From Planctomycetota bacterium (GTDB taxonomy: Bacteria; Planctomycetota; Phycisphaerae; Phycisphaerales; UBA1924), in NCBI GenBank assembly GCA_039186605.1, contig JBCCZZ010000001.1, positions 155,252-219,251 on the forward strand: 64,000 nt of DNA. The letters run 5' to 3'. The translations under genes were made by a program, and so were the position numbers. The stretch's first letter is position 1. The number at the start of each line of letters is the position of its first letter. Positions 36,143-46,862 of the stretch are shown piece after piece. The notes beneath the pieces were generated by a model. It saw nothing but the letters and a program-made list of their open reading frames with translations. It ran no database searches and had not been told where the DNA came from.

Positions 36143-36712
36143 TCAGTCGAACTCGAAATAGTCCGGTGTCGCCGCGAAGGCGGGGTTCTTTGCGTCCTTA
36201 TCGCTCAGCACCGGGGTGAGCCCGTTCAGGGGCCAGTCGATTGCGAGGTCCGGGTCGTTCCACATGATCCCGGCCTCGCGATCCGGGTCGTATGGGCTGT
36301 CAACCTTGTAGGCGACCTCCGTGTCTGGCTCGAGCGTCATGAAGCCGTGAGCGAAACCACGAGGGATGTAGATCTGCGACCAGTTCGATTCGCTGATCTC
36401 GGCGCCGACCCACTCGCCGAATGTCGGCGAGCCTTTTCGGATGTCGATCGCGACATCAAAGATCGAGCCTCGTAGCACCCGAACGAGCTTCGCTTGGACG
36501 GACGCGCCGTGCTGGAAATGGAGCCCGCGGAGCGTGCCGGGGACGGCTGACCTCGACTGGTTGTCCTGGACGAACTCGCAGCTGATGCCGGCTTCGGCGA
36601 GGTGGGCTTTGTTGTAGGTTTCGCTAAAGAAGCCGCGGTGGTCCCCGAACTTCGGTGGGGTAATGACCAGGACCCCGGGGATCTTCAACTCACGGACTTC
36701 GGGGGCGGGCAT
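36143..36712 (-). CDS. rfbC: dTDP-4-dehydrorhamnose 3,5-epimerase
   Basis: GVLVITPPKFGDHRGFFSETY...LRGLHFQ, RmlC cupin family. Confidence 0.9.
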   Translation of the reverse strand: MPAPEVRELKIPGVLVITPPKFGDHRGFFSETYNKAHLAEAGISCEFVQDNQSRSAVPGTLRGLHFQHGASVQAKLVRVLRGSIFDVAIDIRKGSPTFGEWVGAEISESNWSQIYIPRGFAHGFMTLEPDTEVAYKVDSPYDPDREAGIMWNDPDLAIDWPLNGLTPVLSDKDAKNPAFAATPDYFEFD

Positions 36713-36800
36713 CGGTCACGGCTCCCTCTGGAAATGGCCGGTTGGGCGTCAGTGTATGGGCCCGATCCGGTAGGTTGGTCGGCTGCGAACCGACAGGAGG

Positions 36801-38573
36801 ATGAGCGATATGGCGGAAGATGGTCTTTCGAGCGGTAGAGGTCCGGACGGGTTCTCAAGGCGGGGGTTCATGGGCGCTGGCGCAGCGTTCTCGGCCTGGC
36901 TGATCGCCAATGAGGTCAGGGTCGCCGAGGGGGCCAGCCAGCCCCAGTCGCCCCTGTCGCTCCCTGGCGAGGAAGCTCCGGGGTTGGGCGGGAACGACGG
37001 GGCCATCACGAAAAGCACGGTGCGGGAGGCTGAGAAGCTGGCAGGGCTTCGGTATACGGATGCTGAGCGGGCCATGATCGTCGAGTCGATCGGCGGAGCC
37101 GAGCGGTTCAACGACAGGCGAGCCCATCAGATCCCGAACGGGGTCGGGCCGGCGACCGTGTTCCGGGTCAGCGCGGATGCCCCCACCGCCGATGGCCCGG
37201 TCATCCCGGGGATCGCCGACCCGGGTCCTCTCCCCGCGAGTGAAGAGGACATCGCGTTTGCACCTGTAACGAGCTTGAGCGTTTGGGTCCGGGATCGGGA
37301 GCTGACGAGCACCCGCCTCACGCGGATCTACCTTGAGCGGATCAAAAGGCTCGATCCGAAGCTTGAGTGCATCGTGACCCTGACCGAGACCCTGGCGCTC
37401 GAGCAAGCGACGCAGGCGGACCGGGAGATCGCGGCCGGCAACTACCGCGGACCTCTCCACGGGCTTCCGTACGGGCTGAAGGATCTGTTCGACACAGAGC
37501 AGATCCGGACGAGCTTCGGCGCGATGCCCTACAAGGATCGCGTACCACAGTCGGACAGCACGGTGTACCGAAAGCTGACCGAAGCCGGCGCGGTGCTGAT
37601 CGCGAAAACAACGCTTGGCGCGCTGGCGTATGGCGACATCTGGTTTGATGGCCGCACGAACAACCCGTTCAACCTTGATGAGGGTTCGAGCGGTTCGAGC
37701 GCGGGCTCGGCGTCCGGCACAGCAGCTGGACTGTTCGCTTTCAGCATCGGCACCGAGACGCTTGGCTCGATCGTGTCACCCAGTATGCGGTGCGGCACGA
37801 CGGGGCTTCGGCCCACGTTCGGGAGGGTCGGGCGCGGCAACGCGATGGCGCTCTGCTGGAGCCTGGACAAGGTCGGGCCCATCTGCCGGGGTGTGGAAGA
37901 CACGGCGTTGGTGCTGTCGGCGCTGAATGGGCACGACCCCCTGGATGCTTCGAGTGTTGCGAGCGGGTTCACCTATGACGGCACGCGGTCGGTCCGTGGC
38001 ATGCGCGTCGGATACAGCCCCGCGTGGTTCGCCGAGGGCGCGGCGGACGATATTGACCGCAAAGCGTTCGAGGAGCTCCGGCAGGTCGGCGTGGAACTCG
38101 TCGAGATCGAACTCCCCGATCTTCCGTACGGCGCGCTCTACACCCAGCTGATCGGTGAGGCCGCGGCGGCATTCGAGGAGATCACACTGACAAACTCCGA
38201 TGACACGATGAAGTGGCAAGAGCCACAGGCCTGGCCCAACAGCTTCCGTACGGCGTGGTTCACGCCCATGATCGAGCTGATCCAGGCGGATCGGATCCGA
38301 CGACAGATCGTGGTAGAGATGGATCGGATCTTTGGTGATGAAGAGAACGGACTCGATTGTTTGTTCGGCCCAAGCTTTGCGGGGCCGATGCTCCTCATCA
38401 CGAACTACACGGGCCATCCGCAGCTTTGCCTGCGTGCCGGCTTCCGGGACAATGGGACGCCGAAGGGCGTGAGCGTCTGGGGCCGGTTGTACGGCGAGGA
38501 GAAGGTTTGCCGGCTCGGCGCAGCGCTCGAGAGGCGGCTCGGGGTTGCATCGCGACGGCCTGATTTGAGTTAG
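36801..38573 (+). CDS. Amidase-signature family amidase with twin-arginine (TAT) signal
   Basis: SRRGFMGAGAAFSAWL is a TAT motif. GSSGSSAGSASGTAAG is the Gly/Ser-rich AS signature. The catalytic Ser-cisSer-Lys context is present. Confidence 0.8.
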   Translation: MSDMAEDGLSSGRGPDGFSRRGFMGAGAAFSAWLIANEVRVAEGASQPQSPLSLPGEEAPGLGGNDGAITKSTVREAEKLAGLRYTDAERAMIVESIGGAERFNDRRAHQIPNGVGPATVFRVSADAPTADGPVIPGIADPGPLPASEEDIAFAPVTSLSVWVRDRELTSTRLTRIYLERIKRLDPKLECIVTLTETLALEQATQADREIAAGNYRGPLHGLPYGLKDLFDTEQIRTSFGAMPYKDRVPQSDSTVYRKLTEAGAVLIAKTTLGALAYGDIWFDGRTNNPFNLDEGSSGSSAGSASGTAAGLFAFSIGTETLGSIVSPSMRCGTTGLRPTFGRVGRGNAMALCWSLDKVGPICRGVEDTALVLSALNGHDPLDASSVASGFTYDGTRSVRGMRVGYSPAWFAEGAADDIDRKAFEELRQVGVELVEIELPDLPYGALYTQLIGEAAAAFEEITLTNSDDTMKWQEPQAWPNSFRTAWFTPMIELIQADRIRRQIVVEMDRIFGDEENGLDCLFGPSFAGPMLLITNYTGHPQLCLRAGFRDNGTPKGVSVWGRLYGEEKVCRLGAALERRLGVASRRPDLS

Positions 38574-39175
38574 CGCTCGATCAGCGAGAACAGGTAGATC
38601 ATCTCGCGAGCGATCTCCTTCGCTCGCTCGCGATAGGTCTCCGTTTCACGATCAGTGCCATCGGACGCTTTGGGATCCTTGTAGAGAAGCGGGATGCGGG
38701 CATCGGCGTTGGGAAGCGTCGGGCACGCTTCGTTCGCGGAGTCGCAGACCATCACAGCGACAAGCCCCGACGCAGGCAGCGACGGGTCATCGAAGCGTTT
38801 GCTGAAGCACTCTGTGGGTTCAGTAGTGGCACCGAGTGTGATACGGTGCTTGGGGTTGGGTGCCTGGGGGTCGGCGGTCTCGATGAGAAAACCCGCGCCG
38901 TGGATGGACGCGAGCGCTCGCTTGTCGAAAGCGGTGGCTTCGGTGCCCGCGGAGTACGTGGGACACTCGATACCGGCTCGTGCAGCGGCGGCCGCAGCGA
39001 AACGCTCTGCCATGTGGCTGCGGCGGCTGTTGTGGGTACAAACGAAGATCAGAGCCGAATCGCGGTGCTCGCTGATGACCTCGGCGAGAGCGGCGAGTTC
39101 ATTGCGCCGCTCGCTCGGGATCTGGTCCCGCTCAGCTTCGCGTGCTTTGAGATAGTCGGCGAGATCGGGATTCAT
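38570..39175 (-). CDS. Low-molecular-weight phosphotyrosine phosphatase / ArsC-like family protein
   Basis: IFVCTHNSRRSHMAE contains the CX5R(S) P-loop of LMW-PTP/ArsC-type enzymes. ~200 aa. Confidence 0.7.
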   Translation of the reverse strand: MNPDLADYLKAREAERDQIPSERRNELAALAEVISEHRDSALIFVCTHNSRRSHMAERFAAAAAARAGIECPTYSAGTEATAFDKRALASIHGAGFLIETADPQAPNPKHRITLGATTEPTECFSKRFDDPSLPASGLVAVMVCDSANEACPTLPNADARIPLLYKDPKASDGTDRETETYRERAKEIAREMIYLFSLIER

Positions 39176-39178
39176 GGC

Positions 39179-40966
39179 TCAACTCAAGACGCCAAACGCG
39201 TCGCGTGGGCTGCGCTCAGCGATCAGGCGCCGGTCGGCGTCGCGGACGCTTTCGACGAGTTCCATCAGTTGCTGTGCCGCGCCCTCGACCTTGAGGCTGG
39301 TGTGCCTGTCGCTGGAGTCGGACACGGTGCGGAACTTGAGTTCGAGCTCGCCGTTGTCGAGATTTCGAGGTGAGACCACGACCCGTACAGGCGCTGATAC
39401 CAGGTCGGCGTCGGCAAACATGATGCCAGGGCTGAGCTTCCGATCGTCGATGAGCACGTCGGCACCCAGGGCTTTGAGTTCTTCGTAGAGCTTGTCGGCG
39501 ACCTCACGGACCGCAGGTTTCTTCGCCTGGAGACAGCAGAGGGCGATCTGGAATGGAGCCATGTCCATCGGCCAGAGCGGCCCGTGCTCGTCGTGGTGCT
39601 CCTCGATGATGCAGGCGAGGGATCGGCCGACGCCGATGCCGTAGCAGCCCATGATCGGGTGGACCTTGGCGCCGTTCTCCTCGGAATAGACGAAGCCCAT
39701 CGACTCGGAGTACTTGGTGCCGAGCTGGAATATGTTGCCGATCTCGATGCCGTTCTGCGCGGTCAGCGGTTCCCCGCTGATCGGGCACGGGAGGCCCGCC
39801 GCCGCCTCGGCGATGTCGCCCACATTTGCATCGGGGGTGTCGCGGCTGTAGTTGTAACCAAGGACGTGCTTGTCTGGTTCGTTGGCCCCCACCACCATCG
39901 CGTTGGACTTGGCGATGACCTGGTCGATGATGATCTCAACGCCGTCTGGCAGCCCCATCGGGCCCATAAAGCCTGCGACAAGGCCCAGATTGGTGAGCTC
40001 TTCTTCTTGCATGGGCCGGACGTCGCGGGCGTCCAGGTGGGCCCGGAGCTTGGGGATGCTCACGTTGAGATCGCCTCGGCAGAACACGAGGATCATCCGC
40101 TCGTTGTCGGCGACCAGGGCGTTGGCGCGAGCGGTGGCTGTCGTTTCCATCCCGAGGAAAGCTGCGACCTCATCGATCGTCTTGGCATTCGGCGTCTCGA
40201 CGGTCTCGAGCTCGCGGACATCGCTCGGCACGACTGTCTTATCGATGTCGAACGACGCGATCTCTCGGTTGGCTTTGTAGCCTGACTCGGGGCAGATGAT
40301 CAGGTGGTCCTCGCCGAACTCGCTGAGGAACATGAACTCGTGAGCGAGGCTTCCGCCCATCATGCCCACGTCGGACTTGATGCTGAGTACGCGCGAGAGG
40401 CCGAGGCGCTGGAAGATCCGCTCGTATGCGGCGTGGCACTCGGCGTAGAACTCTTCGAGGCTCTCTTGGGTGCGATGGAAGGAGTACGCGTCCTTCATCG
40501 TGAACTCGCGGACACGAACCAGCCCGCCTCGACTCCGGGGCTCATCGCGGAACTTGGTCTGGATCTGGTACACCGCGACCGGGAGTTGGCGGTAGCTGTC
40601 GAGGTTGGCCGCCGCGGCGTCCACGACGGCTTCCTCGTGCGTCATGTTCAGGACGTGGCCTTGGCCGGTGCGGTCCTCGAAGCGAACGAGCTCGGAGCCC
40701 ACAGCGTCGAGCCGGCCTGACTTCTGCCAGAGGCTGTCGGGCACCGCGACGGGCATGAGCAGCTCTTGGCAGCCGATCGCGTCCATCTCTTCTCGGAGAA
40801 TGGCTTCGATTTTGCGCGCGATCCGAGCACCGAGAGGCAGAAGCGTGAAGATGCCCTGACCGACTTGGCGGACGTAGCCGCCCCTGGAAAGGAGCTGGTG
40901 GCTGGGGAGAAGGCTGCCACTGGGTGCGTCCGGTGACCGCTTGCCGAAGAGGTGCTGCATGCGCAT
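39179..40966 (-). CDS. proS: Proline--tRNA ligase (bacterial type with editing insertion)
   Basis: LMPVAVPDSLWQKSGR, HEEAV, YQIQTKFRDEPRSR and FTMKDAYSFH are class II aaRS ProRS motifs. 595 aa. Confidence 0.9.
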   Translation of the reverse strand: MRMQHLFGKRSPDAPSGSLLPSHQLLSRGGYVRQVGQGIFTLLPLGARIARKIEAILREEMDAIGCQELLMPVAVPDSLWQKSGRLDAVGSELVRFEDRTGQGHVLNMTHEEAVVDAAAANLDSYRQLPVAVYQIQTKFRDEPRSRGGLVRVREFTMKDAYSFHRTQESLEEFYAECHAAYERIFQRLGLSRVLSIKSDVGMMGGSLAHEFMFLSEFGEDHLIICPESGYKANREIASFDIDKTVVPSDVRELETVETPNAKTIDEVAAFLGMETTATARANALVADNERMILVFCRGDLNVSIPKLRAHLDARDVRPMQEEELTNLGLVAGFMGPMGLPDGVEIIIDQVIAKSNAMVVGANEPDKHVLGYNYSRDTPDANVGDIAEAAAGLPCPISGEPLTAQNGIEIGNIFQLGTKYSESMGFVYSEENGAKVHPIMGCYGIGVGRSLACIIEEHHDEHGPLWPMDMAPFQIALCCLQAKKPAVREVADKLYEELKALGADVLIDDRKLSPGIMFADADLVSAPVRVVVSPRNLDNGELELKFRTVSDSSDRHTSLKVEGAAQQLMELVESVRDADRRLIAERSPRDAFGVLS

Positions 40967-41087
40967 GGGCCTAGCGTATGCGGGGCATTCAACCGGCCCT
41001 GTCCCCTACCCCACGCGAGACAGCTCCTCAGGCGCGAGAGCAGCCCGGGCGGAGGCGGTGTCGCGTTGTTGAACTCGGTTGGCGCTA

Positions 41088-43076
41088 CTAGACCCGGAAC
41101 TCCTCGGTGAGGTTCCGGAGACCCCCCACCTTATGCGAGAGTGAGGCGATGGCGGTGGCCGACTCCTCACACGCCGCGGTGGTGTTCTGGGCAGCGGCCG
41201 CGATCTCCTCGACCGAACGGCCAACCTCTTCGGCGGTTGCGCTTTGCTCGGTGGTCGCGGCGGCAATCGAGGAGACGACGTTGCTGATGTCACGGGAGGT
41301 GTCGACGATGCGGTCGAGCGACTCCCCCGCCTCGTTGACTCGTGCGACACCGGCGTTGACCTTGGTCGAGCCGGCATCCATACGCTCGACCGCCTCACTT
41401 GTCTTCTCTTGGATCGCCTGGATGGCTGTGGCGATGCCCTCGGTGGCCTGGGTGGTCCGGTCGGCGAGCTTCCGAACCTCGTCGGCGACAACGGCGAAAC
41501 CGCGGCCGTGCTCGCCCGCTCTGGCGGCCTCGATCGCGGCATTGAGTGCCAACAGGTTGGTCTGATCTGCGATGTCGTTGATGACTGCGATGATCTCACC
41601 GATCTGCTCGCTGCGGCTACCAAGCTCACTGACACATTCGGACGACATGCTGACTGCCTCGACGATCTCGTCCATGGTTGAGATGGTCGCGCGAACGGTT
41701 ACCCCACCCGTCTCGGCGATGCTGCCGGCCTCTTCTGCCTGGGTTGAACCGTCCGTGGCCTTGCTGGCGACGTCGCCGACGGAGGCCGCCATCTCGCTGG
41801 CCGCGGAGGCGATCCGCGAGACCTGAGCACTCTGGCCGCGGGCGCGATCAGCGATTTGTTCAGAAGTCGCGGCGAGGTCTTCAACATCCGAGGCGACCTC
41901 CACCGCGGAGTCTCTCACCGAGGCCAGAAGGTTGGTGAGCGAGCGCTGCATCTCATCAACCGCGCGGCCGACATCGCCGATCTCGTCCTGGCGCTCCATC
42001 GTGAGCGGCGCGCCGGTCAGGTTGCGACCTGCGATTTCCTGAGCACGATTCCGGACGGTGGCGAGGCCCGACGCGATCGAGCGAGAGATCGCAAAGGCAA
42101 TCGCGGCTCCCACGCCGATCGCGGCGACCGCTGCGATACCCACGAATGTCAGGAGCTTTGCTCGGGACTGCTTGAAGGACGCGATCCCTGAGTCGCGGAC
42201 CTCGGTCTGCCGCTGAGCGATTACAGCGGCCAAGTCGTTGGCTTTGTTCGCGAGAGGCGTGACTTGGTTAAGACACACATCCTCCGAGACGCACCACCCA
42301 TCGCTGCGCCGGATCTCGACGGCTTCCAATGTGGTCGCGAGAAACTGATCTCGAACGGCGAGGTACTCGCCGAACGAACTCGCTTGCTCGGGAGTGAACA
42401 GATCGGTCATTGTCTTCAAGCGCTCGACGGAGGCAGAGCAGTTGGCAGCGTAGCTTTCGAATGTGCCATAGTCTTCGTCGGTACCCGACGAGAGAAACGT
42501 GGTGGCGGCCGCTTTGGTCTTCAGGAAGTGGCCCTTGGCCTCGGCAAGGCGCTCGACGAGCAGCTTGCGTTCATCCGTGGCCGGCTGGCTTCGTTCGAGG
42601 TGTAGAACTTCATCCACGGCTTCGAGCATGCGCTTCCCAAGCGGGCCGCCTTTACCAAAGAAGAGAGCATCGGCCGGCCGGTCGGCCGGGGTGTGAGCCA
42701 CTGAGGCGATCTTGTCCTGGTGAGCGCGGAAGTCTGCCAAGACAACGCCGAGCTCGTGAAGTGCTTGCCGCGACTCCTCGTCCTGCCATGCAACCGCATG
42801 CTGTTCGAGTTGCCCCTGGTATTCCCCAATCTTGTCCCAGGCATCGAGTCGCTCGTTGGCGAGGGACGGCATCCCCAGGATCATGTAGCCGCGATGCATT
42901 GACAGAGCATGGTGAAGTTCGGACTGGATGCCTCGAGCGCCTTCGACAGACGGGATCGCCACGTCGAGTAGCCCATCGGACTGTCTTAGCTGCCAGAACA
43001 CACCTGCGCTCAATATGCAGTTAAGGAGAAGGATGACACCGAACCCAAGAATCAGTTTCCTGGAAATCGTCCAACG
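41088..43076 (-). CDS. Methyl-accepting chemotaxis protein
   Basis: N-terminal TM, periplasmic sensor region, HAMP, and the highly conserved MCP signalling-domain block [32 protein letters not shown]. Confidence 0.85.
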   Translation of the reverse strand, partial: RWTISRKLILGFGVILLLNCILSAGVFWQLRQSDGLLDVAIPSVEGARGIQSELHHALSMHRGYMILGMPSLANERLDAWDKIGEYQGQLEQHAVAWQDEESRQALHELGVVLADFRAHQDKIASVAHTPADRPADALFFGKGGPLGKRMLEAVDEVLHLERSQPATDERKLLVERLAEAKGHFLKTKAAATTFLSSGTDEDYGTFESYAANCSASVERLKTMTDLFTPEQASSFGEYLAVRDQFLATTLEAVEIRRSDGWCVSEDVCLNQVTPLANKANDLAAVIAQRQTEVRDSGIASFKQSRAKLLTFVGIAAVAAIGVGAAIAFAISRSIASGLATVRNRAQEIAGRNLTGAPLTMERQDEIGDVGRAVDEMQRSLTNLLASVRDSAVEVASDVEDLAATSEQIADRARGQSAQVSRIASAASEMAASVGDVASKATDGSTQAEEAGSIAETGGVTVRATISTMDEIVEAVSMSSECVSELGSRSEQIGEIIAVINDIADQTNLLALNAAIEAARAGEHGRGFAVVADEVRKLADRTTQATEGIATAIQAIQEKTSEAVERMDAGSTKVNAGVARVNEAGESLDRIVDTSRDISNVVSSIAAATTEQSATAEEVGRSVEEIAAAAQNTTAACEESATAIASLSHKVGGLRNLTEEFRV

Positions 43077-43330
43077 CATAAGGCTCACTCCCCGGATGCT
43101 CCATATCAACCAGGTAGGTATGGCAGGAGACATCCCTACCGCAATCGGAGGATCGATCCACCGTATTGATAGATCTCGCCCCCCTATTCTGCGGACGACC
43201 GGATGTAGGGGATCTCGGGTTTCGGTGGCCGAATGCGCAGCGCAATCGCGGAGCAGTTCTCTCGATTCTGGAGAATTGGCGGTCCTTATCCTGAGTGCAT
43301 GCTGCGATCTCTTGTGCGACAGCTCTGCCG

Positions 43331-44863
43331 CTATAGGGCCAGGATCTTTGGGAGTCTGTGGTCTGGCACGTTGTCATAGCACGCCAGCCTTGTGAACCTG
43401 CGGAGTGATGCGGGGATCCCCACTGCAGTGAAATGTGGGTGCCCAGTGGCGGGGAACGGGCCACCGTGATTCATCGCGGGGCTGACCGCAACGCCGGTGG
43501 GCATCTTGTCATTGATGAGCCTGCCGACTCTTGGGCGGAGCGCGGAAGCAACGAGGTGGTATCGGTCTTCTTCTGTTCCATCGGTGGAGGCATAAATCGT
43601 GCCCGTTAGATTGCCTCCCAGAACGCCGAGCACGCGGGCGGCCTCATCGTCACCGCGTACAACCACGAAGAGAAGTGCATTGCCGAACGCCTCGGCCTGT
43701 AGGTCTTCCGATCGTTCAAGGAACCCTTCACCCGACACACGGAGCACAGTGTTTTTGAAGGTATTGTGTGGTTCGGCATTGCCCGCTCCACAGACAATCT
43801 CAGCGCCTGCTTCGATCAATGCCGCAACAGAAGTCGCGAGGTTGTCACGGACACCAGCGGTCAGGAGCGATCCGCATGGACTTGCCTGATACTTTCGTGC
43901 GACTGCGTCCAGAACCGCTTCGGAAGTGTCGCTCATCCAAAGCACGACAAGACCAGGGCTGGTGCAGAACTGGCCGGTGCCCATGAGCCCGCTCATAGCG
44001 AGTTCGTCAGCGATCGCCTCGCCGCGTTCTGCAATAGCACCGGGCAGGATGACAACCGGGTTGATCGATGACATCTCACCGAAGAAGGGCGTTCCGACCC
44101 GGTCTGCCTCGGCCTTGAGCGCTACACCCGCCTCACGCGAACCAGTGAAGGCGAATGCACCGAGACGGCGGTCTTGAGCGAGGCGGAGGCCGTCATCTCG
44201 ATCGAGGGCGTAGAGAAGTTGGAACGACGTGTCAGGGAGGCCAGATGCAACGAGGGCTTCCCAAGCAGACTCGGCTAGCAGGCGCGTCGTTGTTGGGTGT
44301 GCCGGGTGTGCCTTTGCGATAACTGGGTTGCCAGCGGCAATGGCAGTCGCGAAATCACCCCCGCTCACGCTGTTGAATGCGAATGGGAAGTTGTTGGGCC
44401 CGAAGATCGCGACCGGGCCGACGGGTTCGAGCACGGAACGAAGGTTGTTGTCGGTATCGATGATCGGCGAGCGCCACGACTGATCCTCGGCAGCGGACGC
44501 GGCCAGACGGAGTTGGTTCGTTGTGCGCGGGAGTTCAACACTGCGGAATCTGGGCTCTGCGGGTAACGCGGTTTCCTTTTCGGCCGTGGCGATCAGTTGC
44601 TCGGCTCTGGATTCGATGTTGTCCGCGTATGACCTCAGGAATGCGGCGAAGCTGCTGCCTTCGATATCGCGGAGTTGAGTACAGGCGCTTGCGGCTGCAT
44701 TGAGTGCGAGCTCAGCGTCGGCCCACTTGCTCATCGGATATTGGTCGCTGAGGTCATCGCCACGCTTGGGATCGACCGCTCGGAACATGCCGCTTACCTG
44801 GGCACTGCGCCATGCGCCATCGATCAGGACAGGGTGACATTGTGCGTTGTCCTGTGCTGGCAT
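43331..44863 (-). CDS. NADP-dependent aldehyde dehydrogenase, alpha-ketoglutarate-semialdehyde dehydrogenase-like
   Basis: ALDH superfamily (FTGS, catalytic Cys in [14 protein letters not shown]). The ATG at 44863 has an AGGGAGGA SD. Context is the hydroxyproline pathway. Confidence 0.75.
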   Translation of the reverse strand: MPAQDNAQCHPVLIDGAWRSAQVSGMFRAVDPKRGDDLSDQYPMSKWADAELALNAAASACTQLRDIEGSSFAAFLRSYADNIESRAEQLIATAEKETALPAEPRFRSVELPRTTNQLRLAASAAEDQSWRSPIIDTDNNLRSVLEPVGPVAIFGPNNFPFAFNSVSGGDFATAIAAGNPVIAKAHPAHPTTTRLLAESAWEALVASGLPDTSFQLLYALDRDDGLRLAQDRRLGAFAFTGSREAGVALKAEADRVGTPFFGEMSSINPVVILPGAIAERGEAIADELAMSGLMGTGQFCTSPGLVVLWMSDTSEAVLDAVARKYQASPCGSLLTAGVRDNLATSVAALIEAGAEIVCGAGNAEPHNTFKNTVLRVSGEGFLERSEDLQAEAFGNALLFVVVRGDDEAARVLGVLGGNLTGTIYASTDGTEEDRYHLVASALRPRVGRLINDKMPTGVAVSPAMNHGGPFPATGHPHFTAVGIPASLRRFTRLACYDNVPDHRLPKILAL

Positions 44864-44971
44864 TGGTCGATCCTCCCTGGTTTGCTCCCATGCCATGGCA
44901 ACACGGGCCTGATTGGAGCGGAAGCGTACGATATGCGCTCCTAGTCCGGGGTCTCCCACGAGAGGATCAGC

Positions 44972-45922
44972 ATGACCGGGACCGAGATCTTTCAGGGCTG
45001 TTTACCGGCGCTGATGACGCCTTGTGATAGCGGAGGAACCATCGATCACGCGAGGCTCGTGGAGACCGCACGATCACTTATGGACGCTGGCATGTGCGGC
45101 GTGGTTTATTGCGGCTCGATGGGTGACTGGCCTTTACTGACCGACGAGCAGCGTCGAATGGGTGTCAAGGCACTCGCGGATGCGGGTATCCCTGTCGTCG
45201 TCGGAACGGGGGCTCAGAACACGAGGCTTGCTGCCGAGCACGCTGCTCATGCGAAAGAGGTCGGCGCCGCTGGCCTGATGGTGATCCCGCGCGTGCTCTC
45301 GCGTGGTTCTTCGCAGCAGGCTCAGCGGAACCACTTTGCCGCGATCCTTCGGGCCGGCGCCGGCATCCCCTCGGTCATATACAACAGCAAGTACTACGGG
45401 TTCGAGACCAAGGCGGATCTGTTCTTCGATCTGAGGCGAGATTTTTCATCGCTCGTCGGGTTCAAAGAGTTCGCGGGGGCCGGCGCACTAAGCTACGCGG
45501 CGGAGCACATCACAAGCGGCGATCCGGATCTGTGTCTGCTTGTTGGCGTCGATACGCAGGTATATCACGGGTATGTGCGGTGCGGTGCTGTCGGCGCGAT
45601 CACCGGCGTTGGGAACGCCTTGCCGCGGGAGGCATTGCGGCTCATCGAGTTGTGCCGCCAGGCCGCGAGCGGCGATGCCGACGCGACCCGTCTTGCCCGA
45701 GAGTTGGACGACGCGCTCTCGGTGCTCGCATCGTTCGACGAGGGGCCGGATCTTGTGCTGTATTACAAGCGGCTGATGTCGCTTGAGGGCCATCCTGGGT
45801 ACGAGCACCAGATCTGCGGGAGTGATTCGCTGTCAGACAGCCAGCTTGGGTTCATCGATTCCCAGTGGAAAGCGTTCCGTGCCTGGTGGGACTGCTGGCC
45901 AGGGCGTGGGCAGCCTAGGTGA
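44972..45922 (+). CDS. DapA-family lyase (1-pyrroline-4-hydroxy-2-carboxylate deaminase candidate)
   Basis: Dihydrodipicolinate-synthase family pattern (ALMTP...GVVYCGSMGDW, Schiff-base Lys region). Adjacent to a hydroxyproline epimerase. Confidence 0.7.
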   Translation: MTGTEIFQGCLPALMTPCDSGGTIDHARLVETARSLMDAGMCGVVYCGSMGDWPLLTDEQRRMGVKALADAGIPVVVGTGAQNTRLAAEHAAHAKEVGAAGLMVIPRVLSRGSSQQAQRNHFAAILRAGAGIPSVIYNSKYYGFETKADLFFDLRRDFSSLVGFKEFAGAGALSYAAEHITSGDPDLCLLVGVDTQVYHGYVRCGAVGAITGVGNALPREALRLIELCRQAASGDADATRLARELDDALSVLASFDEGPDLVLYYKRLMSLEGHPGYEHQICGSDSLSDSQLGFIDSQWKAFRAWWDCWPGRGQPR

Positions 45923-46860
45923 CCGGCAAGCTCCGATACATCGATTCCCACACCGGTGGCGAACCGACTCGTGTCGTCCTCGAGGGTGGGCCAGACCTTG
46001 GTACTGGGCCGCTCGACGAGCGGCTCGAGCGTCTTGCGCGCGATCATGACACGCTTCGGACATCGGTCATCCTTGAGCCGCGAGGTTCGGACGCGATGGT
46101 TGGTGCGTTGCTGTGCGAGCCAACCGATCCGAAGTATTCAGCGGGCGTCATCTTTTTCAACAATGTTTCCTATCTCGGCATGTGTGGGCATGGGACCATC
46201 GGGCTCATGGTGACACTGGCACATCTCGGCCGGCTCGGACCGGGCAACCATTTATTCGAAACACCGGTCGGACCCGTCGAGGTACGGCTCCTCAACACCA
46301 ACACAGTGGAGATTGAGAACGTCCCGAGTTGGCGATACGCCTCGGCCGTCGCGATCGATGTGGAGGAAGATGGACGGTACGTGGGCGATATTGCATGGGG
46401 GGGAAACTGGTTCTACCTGACAACACATCCAACGCTGAGGCTGACGCGCGAGAACATCCCCAACTTGCTCCGAGCGAGCGACCGCATACGCGAAGCGCTT
46501 CGACGCGCAGGTATCACCGGGGCAAACGGCGGTGATATCGACCATGTCGAGTTCTTCGGCCCTCCTGACGACACCAGCGCGAATGGCAAGAACTTCGTCA
46601 ACTGCCCGGGCGGCGCCTACGACCGCTCGCCTTGCGGCACCGGCACGAGTGCAAAGCTCGCATGTCTCGCGGCTGAGGGGAAGCTCGCGCCGGGCGAGAC
46701 CTGGGTGCAAGAGAGCATTCTCGGCAGCCAGTTTCACGCTCGCTACCGTCCCGATCGCGAAGGCAGGATCGTTCCGATGATCCAAGGGAGCGCATATGTG
46801 TGCGCCGAAGGTGTGCTCGTGCGCCAGCCAGGTGATCCTTTCGCAGACGGGATCCACTGA
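45919..46860 (+). CDS. Proline racemase family protein (4-hydroxyproline 2-epimerase candidate)
   Basis: Both catalytic-Cys blocks are present: SYLGMCGHGTIG and DRSPCGTGTSAKLA. GTG start overlaps the upstream stop. Confidence 0.85.
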   Translation: MTGKLRYIDSHTGGEPTRVVLEGGPDLGTGPLDERLERLARDHDTLRTSVILEPRGSDAMVGALLCEPTDPKYSAGVIFFNNVSYLGMCGHGTIGLMVTLAHLGRLGPGNHLFETPVGPVEVRLLNTNTVEIENVPSWRYASAVAIDVEEDGRYVGDIAWGGNWFYLTTHPTLRLTRENIPNLLRASDRIREALRRAGITGANGGDIDHVEFFGPPDDTSANGKNFVNCPGGAYDRSPCGTGTSAKLACLAAEGKLAPGETWVQESILGSQFHARYRPDREGRIVPMIQGSAYVCAEGVLVRQPGDPFADGIH

Positions 46861-46862
46861 TC

